DNA of 64,000 bases from contig NC_042998.1 of NCBI RefSeq assembly GCF_006345805.1, positions 199,082,001 through 199,146,000 of the forward strand, given 5' to 3'. Below, piece after piece: positions 1 to 11,673 of the stretch. The translations under genes were made by a program, and so were the position numbers. Under the pieces are notes generated by a model, which worked only from the letters and a program-made list of their open reading frames with translations, had not been told where the DNA came from and made no database searches. Origin of the DNA: Octopus sinensis. Taxonomy: Eukaryota. Each line of letters begins with the position of its first letter. Position 1 is the first letter of the stretch.

Positions 1-363
1 TCTGTTCTATCACTTTAGATTGAGTCACAATGGTCTATCTCTTACACTGTAGTATACTTGGTCTACACTTAATAATGTGATATACTAGACCTTCACATGA
101 GACCGCGTTGTATGGTGGTTTATTTCTTCACGATGTCTTAAATGTGCTGTCACATTATTCTCTGGTATACTATAATGTGATGGTCGATCAAATTTCACTA
201 TTGTATATTGTGGTATACCACTTTACACAATGGGATACTAGGCTTTCATAGTAGATTCTGCTACTCTTGTCTATCACTTTACACTACGGTATAGTTGTCT
301 ACCACCTGAGATAACTATGTATTATTCTGGTCTTTCACTTTAGTCAGTTGTATACTAGTTTAA

Positions 364-552
364 GAGAATTCACAAAAAACAAACAAACGACGAAGACAGG
401 TGGCGTACAAAACAAACAGATGTATTAGTATAACGCTCAGGAATAGAAAAAGTCTTTTACGTTTCGAGCCTACGCTCTTCTACAGAAAGGGACACAGAAA
501 AAACAAGGTGAGAAACAAGGAGAGAAAATAGGGAGAGAAAAAAAGGAGAATT
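364..552 (-). mobile_element. Short element carrying a minimal hammerhead-like motif (Penelope pLTR / retrozyme-like)
   Basis: Interrupts the minisatellite; flanked by gagaatt (364-370, 546-552); minus strand contains CTTT-CTGTAGA-A-GAGC(GTAG)GCTC-GAAA-CGT-A-AAAG. Confidence 0.55.
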
Positions 553-2202
553 TAGCTCTATATTCTAAGGTATACTGATCTACTACTTTAGACTGTGGCA
601 TACGTATCTAGTGTACTTGGGTTTTTTTCACGTTAGACTCTATACATGCCTAACATTTTATAATGTAGTGCAATTGTGAATCAATTTTGCCTGTGGTATA
701 TTTGTTTATCACTTTAGAATGTGATTTACTGGTATATTACATTTTAGTTTTGTAAACTGGTTTATAATTTAAACTATGCTTTCAGTATACAGTATATTGG
801 TTTAACACTGTATTGTGATATTGTCTGTCACATTATACGGCTACGTTATACTGTGGTGTACAGTACTATCTCTTTAGACCAGTGAACACAGAATAGCTAC
901 ATAATACTATAGTATACAATTTAACAATGCAATGCTTCTCTTTCTCTCTCTCTTTCTCACTCTCTCTCTCTCTCTTTCTTACTCACTCTCTCTCCTTCTA
1001 TACTGTGGTATACTCGTCTATTCCATCAACCCCTTTTTTACAATAATATATTTATCTGTACCCTGTATAACGTGGTATACTGGTCTGTCCTTTTAAGCAG
1101 TGGGATATTGGTCTATCACTTTACACAGCATTATACCTTAGACTGTGGTAATAGACTGAGTCTATTAGTTTATACTTTACTATACTGGTCTACCACTTTC
1201 GACATTGATATACTGTGTAATTGATATACTAGAATATCACCTTATAATGTGTTATACGCGTTTACAAATCTATTACTTTAGTCTATGAAATACTGGTCTA
1301 TCATTTTAGACTATTGTATACTTGTCTGGCACATTAAACTGAAGGATTCTAAACTACCACTTAGAATATACTCGTTTAACATTCTACTGGGATATATTGG
1401 TCTATAATATAAAAATGGTCTATTACTTTAGCCTGTGGTATCCTGAGATATCATTTTAGGCTGTGATAAACTGTGTTATCACTTCAAACTATGATATACT
1501 AGTCTATCACATTAATCTCGAGTCTCCTAGGCTCTCGCTTTAGTTCGTATTTTTTTTTATTTACAACATTATACTGTGATATTTTGATATACCACTTTAG
1601 ACTTTGGTATACTGGGCTATGGTATACTTGTATATGAATTTACTCTATAGCATACTGGGATACCATGAGTTTTAAACTGCTTTATACTAGTTTAAACTAC
1701 TTTATACTGGTTTAAACTGCTTTATACTGGTTGTACTCCCCTTAACTTATTGTATACTGTTCTCTCACTTCAGATTGTGGTGCACTTGTCTATCACCTTA
1801 GAATATAGTACACTAGTCTATCTCTCTATACTCTCGTAAATAGAGCATCACTTTGGACTGTGCTATACTGGTATATCACCTTAGACTGTTACTCTATATT
1901 GTTGTATATATTTACTTTATACTTTGGCACAATGGATTTTCACTTCAGAGTAGCATACTGTTCTTTTACTATGCAATAGTAAACTGATTTATCACTTTCG
2001 ACTGTTGTATATTCGTTTTCACCTTTATACAGTGATCTTCTGCTATATCACAATATCCTCTGGTATATTGGTATACATTGTGGCATGCTGCGTTACCTTT
2101 TTTGTTTACGATGCGGCACCTGTTTATCATTTGGGACACTTGTATACAGAGCTATTATTTCAGACTGTTATATTCTGGTCTATCATTTTGAACTGAGGTA
2201 TA

Positions 2203-2424
2203 CTGGCAGAAACCTTAGCACGCTGGGTGAAATGCGTAGCCGTATTTCGTCTGCCGTTACGTTCTGAGTTCAAATTCCGCCCAGGTCGACTTTGCTTTTC
2301 ATCCTTTCAGGGTCGATTAAATAAGTACCAGTTACGCACTGGGATCGATATAATCGACTTAATCCGTTTGTCTGTGCTTGTTTGTCCTCTCTGTGTTTAG
2401 CCCCTTATGGGTAGTAAAGAAATA
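2203..2424 (+). mobile_element. SINE family A (tRNA-derived), monomer
   Basis: Box A-like TGGCAGAAA, box B GAGTTCAAATTCC, 3' tail ...GGGTAGTAAAGAAATA; TSD aggtatactgg (2196-2206, 2424-2434). Confidence 0.9.
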
Positions 2425-3571
2425 GGTATACTGGGATATCCCTTTACACTGGTTTATTGGTTTAAATTATGGTCTATCACATTAAACCATGCTATCTTGG
2501 TCTCATTTTTTGCTCAGACATACTTGACTATCGTGTTATATTGTGGTATGCTGGGTTATCCACGTAGACTGCTGTATATTCTATTCATATTTTATTCTCT
2601 AATATGCTCGTCTATCCCTTTATACTTTGGTATATTTTCTATCACTTTAGACTATGTTATATAATTTTATGATCTTAGACTGTGATACACTGGTCAATCA
2701 CAATATACTCTCCCTTTGCTGATCTCTCCCTTTATCCTGTGTTACATTTGTATATTAATACTGAGTTATACAGGTCAATCACTTCAGACTTGTGTATACT
2801 GTCTGTCACTTTAGGTTTGTTATACTGGCATATAATAATTTTAGATTTTGATAAACCTTAAATTGTTGTATACAGGTTTGCCACACTTAGCATATTTTTC
2901 CAGTACTGTTGGTTCGCAGGTGTGTCGCGATACTTTCAAGCAAGACATAAATTACTCCTTTGTATCACATTTTGCTCAGTTTTCGATATAGATTAGAAAA
3001 GCTTGGCAGACACTGCCTTAGGACGTCGTATACCAGTCTAGTACTTTAAACTGTATTGTAAGAGGATATCGCTTTAAGCTATGGTATATTTTCTTGTCCT
3101 GAGAAATTGAGAAACACATTTACTGCATCCTGGGGTGGGGCTTCAGCTCGGGAGTTCAGGAGTGTATGACGTTACTCCTTTATCATCACTACACCCAGAT
3201 CAGTTCTAGCTTGGAGTGGTAGGACCTGTCTAGGATCCAAGTCATCAGCCAAATGTAGAAGATGGTCTTGTGGTCAAAGCACACAGGACTCAGAAGAGGG
3301 CTACCTCTAAACATGTGCCTGACATGGTAGACATACTCTAATGCCAAGTGAAGCTCGGGAATTCAGAAAACTAGTAAACTAACAGAAAGCAACGGGAAAC
3401 ATTGCTGCATCTTTACCAAGAAAGATCATGACAGACATTGATTTGGAGATCCATGAAACATGCAAAACATATAGAGAAAACATAGAGAGAAATATACTAA
3501 ATTACCATCATGGTCTTTCACTTTAGATAGTATTATATTAGTCTACCGTTTTAGTGTGGTATATTGTTCTG

Positions 3572-3749
3572 AATGGTCAGTGGCAAGGGAGGAAGAGGCC
3601 GACCAAGAACCCGCTGGCTTGACACCATCAAGAGTGATACCGGAATGGACATAGCCAATCTGAAAGAAGCGGCCCAGGATAGAACTGACTGGAGGACACT
3701 GAGCCATCGAGTAACCGAGAGTCGACTTCGACTGAGCGGATAGATTGAG
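3572..3749 (+). mobile_element. RTE-clade (BovB-like) LINE, 3' terminal fragment
   Basis: Encodes GRGRPRTRWLDTIKSDTGMDIANLKEAAQDRTDWRTL..RVTESRLRLSG*; TSD attgttctg (3563-3571, 3750-3758). Confidence 0.85.
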
Positions 3750-3762
3750 ATTGTTCTGTAGT

Positions 3763-4089
3763 GAAGGCGCGTGGCTTAGTGGTTAGGGGTATTCGGCTCT
3801 CGATCGTAAGGTCGTGAGTTCAATTCCCGGCGACTCACTGTGTCCTTGAGCAAAACACTTTATTTCACGTTGCTCCAGTCCACTCAGCTGACAAAAATGA
3901 GTATTACCTGTATTTCAAAAAGCCAGCCTGGTCACACCCTGTGTCACGCTGAATCTCCCTAAGAACTACGTTAAGGGCACACGTGTCTGTGGAGAGCTCA
4001 GCTACATGCACCTTAATTTCACGAGCAGGCTGTTCTGTTCATCGGATCAACTGGAACCCTCGTCGTCGTAACCGACGGAGTGCCAGTTA
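3763..4089 (+). mobile_element. SINE, head family D with tail type D
   Basis: tRNA-like head (TGGCTTAGTGG ... GAGTTCAATTCCC), central tgtgtccttgagcaaaacactt...ccagtccactcagctg domain; TSD ttctgtagt (3754-3762, 4090-4098). Confidence 0.85.
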
Positions 4090-4221
4090 TTCTGTAGTTT
4101 TACTGATCTATCATTTTAGAATGTAGTATGGAGTCCTACCACGTTAGATTAAGGTATATTAGTCTATCACCTTGATTCTGGTATGATAGTCTATTTCTTT
4201 AGTATAATAGAATATCACTAA

Positions 4222-4436
4222 CCCTTTCGTTACTGTATTTATTTTGATATGCTCTGTGTTTCTTTCAATTATTTTAAATATAACAAAGAATTTAGTAAAA
4301 CAACTTAGTTATCATTCAGCTAGTGTTAGGAATATAAATTGCGACTAAGGTTTGGTGGTATATTTTGATGCAAAACTTATGAAAACAAGACATTTGTACT
4401 ACAGAGCCGGTTTTGGCCGGGTTGGTAACGAAAGGA
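4222..4436. mobile_element. piggyBac-type MITE (degenerate)
   Basis: TIR ccctttcgttac / gtaacgaaagg; left flank ctaa resembles a TTAA target. Confidence 0.55.
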
Positions 4437-4926
4437 CAGTTATCAATCACTTTTTCTTTTTCTTTTTTTTTTTTGTACACTGGGAATCAAATATGAAAAT
4501 GTCACTGGAGCAATTTGCAAGGAAAGGTAAAGAAAGAAGGTGGAAGAATGTTTGAAGTTTAAAATTTCGTAAAAATATATGAAAAATTATTTGAAAAACT
4601 CTGAATATTTTTGCCAGCTAAATTTCGATTGCTTGTCCCATCTACTGGCAGTTGGAATGTCTTGTAAATCCCTGTCGTATTAGTCGTACGTGTATGGGTA
4701 CAATCATTGAAAATATAAGGCAAACGAAAGCAGTAGCTAAAACAAGTGCGTAAATTACAAAACATGATGCCATAAATATATAACAGCAAATACAATCAAA
4801 TTGATCAGACATAAAACCGAGTATAAATACTATGGAGTATAGACCTCGTAAACATTCTATTAATAAAAGCGTTATGTGCAGCACCTGTCCTATACCATTG
4901 CATAATCGCAAGAAATGTTTGATCCA

Positions 4927-4930
<4 letters not shown>

Positions 4931-4984
<54 letters not shown>

Positions 4985-5146
4985 TTATATATATATATGT
5001 GTGTGTATGTATATATATGTGTGTGTGTGTGAGTGTATATATATTTACGGAGATGTATTTGCATAGCAAGTGACCTGATTTGAGATCGTGTGCTGGAACG
5101 AAAACAATTGCAGCGTGGAAGGTGTTTATAAGCCATTTAAGAAACT

Positions 5147-5187
<41 letters not shown>

Positions 5188-5352
5188 ATTTTATATATGT
5201 ATATGTATATATATATATACTTATATGTATATATACATATGTATACATGTATATGCACATATATATATATATAAATACGCACACACGCAAGCACACACAT
5301 ATATATATATGCACATACACAGTCTCAGATACGCGCACACACCACAGACACG

Positions 5353-5393
<41 letters not shown>

Positions 5394-5450
5394 GTATGTA
5401 TGCATGTATGTTGTGTGTGTATATGTATATGTATTATGTTTAAGTCCTTT
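4931..5450. repeat. Compound (TA)n/(CA)n/(TG)n microsatellite with an embedded ~110-bp repeat (5043-5150)
   Basis: Direct reading; the embedded segment matches 40651-40755. Confidence 0.9.
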
Positions 5451-5924
5451 TAGTGTAACTGGTTTCACCTTACGTGCTATTCATCTTTTGCCTCATTATA
5501 TGTCGTGTGTAATAAAGCTACCCGAATAACATGCTTAAATGCAAAATTAATAAGATAAACGTGAAAGGAAACAAGGCGTATAAAATAATTCAGCCTTAGA
5601 TACATTGTCTAAAGGGTGGAAGGGAACATTACTGCTGAAACACTTTTGATCATGGTCCGCTAGGTCAAGGGTAACTTTGGGATTAAACAACGATAAATAT
5701 TTAACTATCAACGAACAAGAATACATTTGAGAAAATAAAACATTCAGCCACGTTAAATTTTAAATCGATAACCCGTTATAGGACAGTCAAATGATTACTA
5801 TTTTAGTGTTGTAGCAAGCAAAGGGGTATTTATTTGTTGTTTTGAGCCAAAAGTTTTGAAATATTTTGGTAATTTATTTGCTTTATTTGTCAAGTTAGAA
5901 CAGTCTAGCATTCGAAGAAGAGAT

Positions 5925-6110
5925 CATCGTGTTGCATCGTCTGAAGCCAGCTTTCTGCCAGTTCTTTCATTCCATACTGATACCAGTTCTTTTCCTTTGA
6001 GGTGAGGAACTCCTTCACTGAAGTTTCCACCTCCTCTTGGTTGATGAAACGTCACGAGCCATGGAGGTGAGCCATGGGTCGGAACTAGTAATAATCCGAG
6101 GGAGATATTT
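5925..6110 (-). mobile_element. mariner transposase 3' fragment
   Basis: Reverse complement aligns to 6455-6650 (EEVETSVKEFLTSKEKNWYQCGMKELAESWLQTMQH). Confidence 0.75.
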
Positions 6111-6139
6111 TTCTGCAATTCTACCGTGCATAAGCAATG

Positions 6140-6660
6140 TTTAATCAAGGAACCCCTTGCCAAACATGCGGGTTTCGAATACAAAGTGAAGCTCTGCATT
6201 TGGTGAAATTATGGGAGAATAATTCACTATGAGGTCGTCCCGGGCGGTCGAACCATCGATGCCAATTTGCCCTCTGGACAGCTAGAGCTGATATGTGCCA
6301 CTGTGCAGCAAATATGCTCGGCATTGGTTAACAGAAAGTGAGCTCTTCTGCAGAAAGACAATGCAAGATCTCATATAACTCGAACGACCCGGAATAAACA
6401 CCATGAATTTGTGGGAATTGAACTGATACCACATGTAGCAGTAAATCCGAATCTTGCTCCCTCGGATTATTACGCGTTCCGATCCATGGCTCACTTCCTA
6501 CGCTCGCCACGCTTCATTAATCAAAAGGAGTCGGAAGCTTCAGTGAAGGAATTCCTCGCCTCGAAGACCCAGAACTGGTGTCGACGTGGAACCAAAGAAC
6601 TGGTAGAAAAGTGGCTTCAAACGGTGCAACGCGACAGCCGCCTCTACTTTCACTGCTAGG
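6140..6660 (+). pseudogene. mariner (DD34D-type) transposase C-terminal relic
   Basis: Motifs LLQKDNARSH and ELIPHVAVNPNLAPSDYYAFRSM (cf. HDNARPH, LPHPPYSPDLAPSDY). Confidence 0.85.
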
Positions 6661-9227
6661 TTGCTTTTGTTGTAACTTAACGAATATGTTACCAAAATGT
6701 AACTTAGCAAATATGTTAGCAAAATGTTGCGAAACTTTTGACTTAAACAATAGAACTTTCAATAAACGGAAGTGTATTTATTTGAAAGCATACATAGCCT
6801 TGGTTTGAATTGGAAATTCCGAGAATACTTGAATTGTCCAGCAGCGTAGATAGGGTTAAACGCATTGCGATGTAATTTATCTCTGTGTCAAAGTTAAGTT
6901 ATGCAAATGAGCTCTTGGAACTAATGGCTGCAGTAAATACTTCCGTCACTACAAGTTGAATTTTTGTATATAAATTATTTCTGCCCTTACACCAACTCGA
7001 TAAATTTGATTGTGAGAATGACACCAATGGCATGAGATTGTCTGTTTGTGATGCATCACACAATCGGTCGATGTTCTTCAAGGTAAATCAGTTATAATAG
7101 TTGGATTAAATGTATGTTTATGCGGAATTACAGAAGCAACATTTTGTTGAATGCTTCAGAGATTAAAATGTTTGGCGGCGGGAGCAGACTTTCTACAGGT
7201 TATTAATCCTAGATGCCATTAATTGGGATTTCCTGCTATTCATGTTTCTCCAGCCGGTTCTTTCAACTTAGCTTTTATACGAGTATTTTATCCGATGATA
7301 TATCAGTAAAAATCCTAATCCTTGATTATTTATCAATTTCGGCCATTGGCATTAAACACAATATTATCTCTCTTTTTTTTTTTACGAAATTGGTTTCGCC
7401 ATGTTCCGCCATTAACAAATCTAGAGCAAAGTATTAAAAGCTTTCCAGCTCGCATGACATTCAATAATCTAAATTTATATGAATTTAGATAGAGATAGAA
7501 GCCACAAAGATTACAATATTCTTCAAAATTGTATGATTTGGTAAATATATTTTTCGATTTTGTAAAGATGTAAATACGACTTACCACCAGTTCTATTACT
7601 TGAGCTTAGCAAAATCTAAAATAGACGAGCTGAAATGTTTTAGGTTGAAAACTTGCAGGTCAAATATATAATGTATTTGGATTCCAAGCTGGCTTGATAC
7701 TAAAAAATATATATATAACTTTAATCAGCTTAAGTTTTGTTAATATTATCAGAAGCTTTTAAGGGACATACTGCGTGCTAATATAATGGCAACGATCTTG
7801 ATGTTCAGATAATGTTTCTGAAGTCATTCAAAAGGCGTTGTTAGTTGTTAGCTGAATTTTATAATAAAAAAGGCAGAACAAGAGAAAGTTTTTTCACTTT
7901 TCATGCGTTTACCCTTGTAAAACAGAAAGAGAAAAGTTATCTGGAGTAAGACAAATGTTATACTGAAGATGAAAAAAAATTATTAAAACATAGAAATATA
8001 CAAAATTGAAGTCCAATTTGACCGTTTCGAAAAGCGCTTGACTGGTAACCGGAGGGTCTACAGCGCATGCCCTGTTATCGAACTGTTCTGCATGCATTGC
8101 CAATATTGTTAACTTACAAATTGCTCTGCTCTCAAGCTTTAATCGGAGTTATAGGATTTATCTATCTTGATATGAATGTTCCTATTAAACGTCAGTGGTC
8201 GCACGTAAATTCAATGACCATTTTGTATTTCTGTTTCTAGTTTTAGTACCTTCGCCAACTCTAGGAGCTAATGAATATTTCTGGTTATTCAACGTAATAC
8301 AGTGTGCTCCGTTAGCATTTGGCTGGAGGTTCAACGGCCGTTTGTTCAATAAACTGCCGGTTACTATAAAGTTTGTCGTCTTTATTAAAGTCAATGTCCT
8401 CACTTGCAACTGATCACCCTACTTAGAAAGTGAAGAACAATATGGCCGTCTTCAATTACATATCCAAGTGCGGAAGCTGTCAACTGCGACTTCCTGGTGC
8501 ATCTTGTTGTTGCATTTTTCAATGACTTCCCACCTGGTTAATAATTAATTGCTACAAAATTGTTAATTTTTACCTGGCATACATTTCTACTTCGTAGACA
8601 TATTTGAATATTCCATGATTTCTTAATAAATGCAGCTCTGAAAATGAGATTATGGCTTTTAAGAACGAGTGATGAAATCATTTGTTCTTGCTATTGACGT
8701 ATGTGGTTTGTTTCTTGATACTCTCAATACATTTATATCCAAATGAAATTCCATACCATAATGGTTCGTAGCTTGTAGCTTAAAAACAGTTAACGCCTCT
8801 CACTTGCAATGTCTTCTTCATATACTGGACATAAAAAAAAAGCAGTGTCTTAATCATTGGTGGTTAACTGCAGTGAAAAGAAGGACAAGTGAGGGGGGAT
8901 CTACAGGCATTATAGTTACATTATAGTTGTTGAGGATAATGATGATGATTTTGTTGCAATAGCTTCTACTGTTGATGTTGCTGTTGTTGTTAAAGCTTCC
9001 GTTGCTGTTGTCACTGCCAGCCTGTGTTCAGCCTGGATCTAAAAGATATTTGGAACAAAAGGAGATACAGTTACGACCAAAAGAGAAAAGAGAATCCAGA
9101 CATTTTGTCTTAGCTAGAAAAAAAAAAAACCAGTAATACAGTATTTAAGCAATATACTTATATCTGTGATTGAAACACACCGGATAAAGAGGTTGTGTAC
9201 AGAGGCGAGTACTGAGGATATTTACTG

Positions 9228-9372
9228 CTTCTTCACTCCTGCGCCAGAGCGTCAGCTGCGGGGTCACTCCGAAAAGCTCTATCTGCGACGATTTCATCTC
9301 AGTCGAAGGAGAGGGGCTTTCTCCGTCCGGGTTGCGGATCCGTGGAATAAGCTGCCAGACGAGATAGTGTAG
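9228..9372 (+). mobile_element. CR1-clade LINE fragment
   Basis: FFTPAPERQLRGHSEKLYLRRFHLSRRRGAFSVRVADPWNKLPDEIV, nearly identical to 9715-9856. Confidence 0.8.
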
Positions 9373-9559
9373 ATGAAACGACCTTGGCCTTCTTTGGAGC
9401 AGATGAGGTGGGGTTTCGACTGCATGGATTGTATCTTTGTCCCTGGCTCAAAGCGATGAACGCAATACTCATTCTGACTTAAGAAAAGTTCAAGGAAACA
9501 AAGAAAGAAACGGAACACGACTACTTTTCGAGCAGTTATACACATACAGGGATTAAATC

Positions 9560-10001
9560 TAACTAGTGTTGTACTTTGGTCTCAAGCATTTGTCTTATGA
9601 AGAAAGGCTGAAGACGCTCGACCTTTATTCTCTCGAAAAACGACGACGCCGTGGTGATCTCATTCTCGCTCACAACATCATAAGCGGAAAGTGTAACCTC
9701 TCGAAAGAGCTGTTCTTCACTCCTGCTCCTGAGCGTCGGCTGAGGGGTCATTCCGAAAAGCTCTATCTGCGACGATTTTATCTCAATCGAAGGAGAGGGG
9801 CTTTCTCCGTCCGGGTTGCGGATCCGTGGAATAAGCTGCCGGACGAGATAGTGTAGATGCCGACGACTGCTCGGTTCAAGGTCTCTCTTGACCGGAAATG
9901 GCCTGAACTCTTTGCATGAACACCCCTGTACATAACTCCCTGTCCCCCTACATGGCCTTGCTCTTTGCTTTTTGAGCCAAATTAACTTAACTTAACTTAA
10001 C
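9560..10001 (+). mobile_element. CR1-clade LINE 3' end with (TTAAC)n tail
   Basis: LKHLSYEERLKTLDLYSLEKRRRRGDLI...RGH...RVADPWNKLP is the CR1 ORF2 C-terminus; tail gagccaaattaacttaacttaac. Confidence 0.85.
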
Positions 10002-10159
10002 TGCTGCCTACTCAGATAAAAAGGATGGAGCCAGTTTCAATCTTTTATGTATATTACGTATTATCTAACGCATTATATACACAATGAAATATGTGTATAC
10101 ATAAATGTATATCCGTGTGTATGTGTGTATGTGCACATGTGTGCGTGTATGTGTATATA

Positions 10160-10568
10160 AGCGCAGGCGTGGTTATGTGGTAAGTAGCTTGCTTCCCAAC
10201 TACATGGTTCCAGTTTCAGTCCCACTGCGTGGTACCTTGGGCGAGTGTGTCTTCTACTATAGCCCCGGACCGACCAAAGCCTTGTGATTAGATTTGGTAG
10301 ACAGGAACTGAAAGAAGCCCATCGTATATATGTATATATGTATCCATGTGTGTGTGTGTGTTTGTGTGTTTGTGTCTGTGTCTTCCCACCACCGCTGGAT
10401 CACCGGTGTTTATGTCCCCGTAACTTAGCCGTTTGGCAAAAGAAGACCGATAAGTACCAAGTTTAAAAAACAAATAAGTAACATGGCCGATACATTCAAT
10501 TTCAAGGCGGTGCCCCAGCATGGCCGCAGTCAATTGACTGAATGACTGGAACAAGTAAAAGGGTAAGA
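10160..10568 (+). mobile_element. SINE family B (tRNA head, CORE-like domain, internal microsatellite)
   Basis: Head gcgcaggcgtggttatgtggtaag, ccttgggc(a/g)agtgt domain, tail gactg.aacaagtaaaag. Confidence 0.85.
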
Positions 10569-10615
10569 ATGATACATGTATTTATGTATATATACTATAT
10601 TACATTATATTATGT

Positions 10616-10917
10616 GGAGGCGCAATGGCCCAGTGGTTAGGGCAGCGGACTCGCGGTCGTAGGATCGCGGTTTCGATACCCAAACCGAGCGTTGTGAGTA
10701 TTTATTGAGCGAAAGCACCTAAAGCTCCACAAGGCTCTGGCAGGAGCGGGGCGATCCCTGCTTTACTCTTTCGCCACAACTTTCTCTCGCTCTTTCTTCT
10801 GTTGGCCTGCTCGCTTAGCCAGCGGGGTGGCGTCATTTGAAGGCTAAAACAGTGCGAAGCGCATTGTGACCAGCGATGTGTAGCAACGGTGATAGCCTGG
10901 TCGGTCACTGTGATATT
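10616..10917 (+). mobile_element. SINE, head family C with tail type E
   Basis: Head tggaggcgcaatggcccagtggttagggcagcggactcgcggtcg; the tail recurs reverse-complemented at 31466-31583. Confidence 0.85.
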
Positions 10918-11140
10918 ATAGTATAGTATACTATACTATGCTATACTATAATATAATATAATATCACTGTGACCACCGTTGCTACACATCGCTGGTATAG
11001 TATAGTATACTATACTATATCATATTTCTACATATATGTATGTGCAGACAGGTAGACATGTATGTATTTTGATATACAGATATATGTGTGTGTGTATATA
11101 CGCATAGGCACATATACTTGCATGCGTGTGTGTGTGTGTG

Positions 11141-11205
<65 letters not shown>

Positions 11206-11210
11206 GGATG

Positions 11211-11288
<78 letters not shown>

Positions 11289-11313
11289 AACATAGATAGA
11301 TAGACAGACAGAC

Positions 11314-11355
<42 letters not shown>

Positions 11356-11370
11356 TTAGATAGATAGATA
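11141..11370. repeat. (GATA)n microsatellite on the 3' flank of the Tx1 element
   Basis: Direct reading. Confidence 0.97.
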
Positions 11371-11673
11371 ACTTTCTTTTATTAGCCACACAGGGCTGAA
11401 TACAGAGGGGACAAATACAAATGCAGAGCTTTTCTTTTCGAGGGTGGAAAAAAATAAAAAATGTAAGATTGCGATCAAAAGGGATCGAGAGGAGGAAAAA
11501 AAAGGAAAAAAAAGGAAAATCGTGTATCACAGAAATAATGGTGTAAACATTGATATAACAAGATTGGGTTCATCCGTGGGAAGAAAAGCCTACAGAAAAG
11601 ACCACGGGAACCCCAGTCAGGGAGGAAAAAAAACATGAGGTCAAAAATGCTCTCTTTCTTTCTTTTTTACGAT

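Larger units (their letters stand above)
1..4220. repeat. Ancient degenerate ~28-bp minisatellite array (consensus ~GTATACTGGTCTATCACTTTAGACTGTG), interrupted by several insertions
   Basis: Recurrent tatactggtctatcactttagactgtg variants throughout 1-3030, again at ~3510-3570 and ~4100-4220. Confidence 0.75.

Noticed and set aside
4642-5453. Many long ORFs rich in YI/HT/CV repeats (also at 21123-21555, 24373-25125, 34679-35110 and similar)
   Set aside because: These are translations of (TA)n, (CA)n and (TG)n microsatellites, which lack stop codons in some frames.
6850-8900. Non-repetitive, faintly coding-like region with splice-like sites
   Set aside because: No frame gave a recognisable domain. 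It may be a very old transposon or host exons, but this is unsupported without a homology search.
10616-10690. tRNA-like cloverleaf heads (also at 3763, 32871 and 42663)
   Set aside because: The stems are degenerate and continue into SINE bodies with TSDs, so they are not functional tRNA genes.
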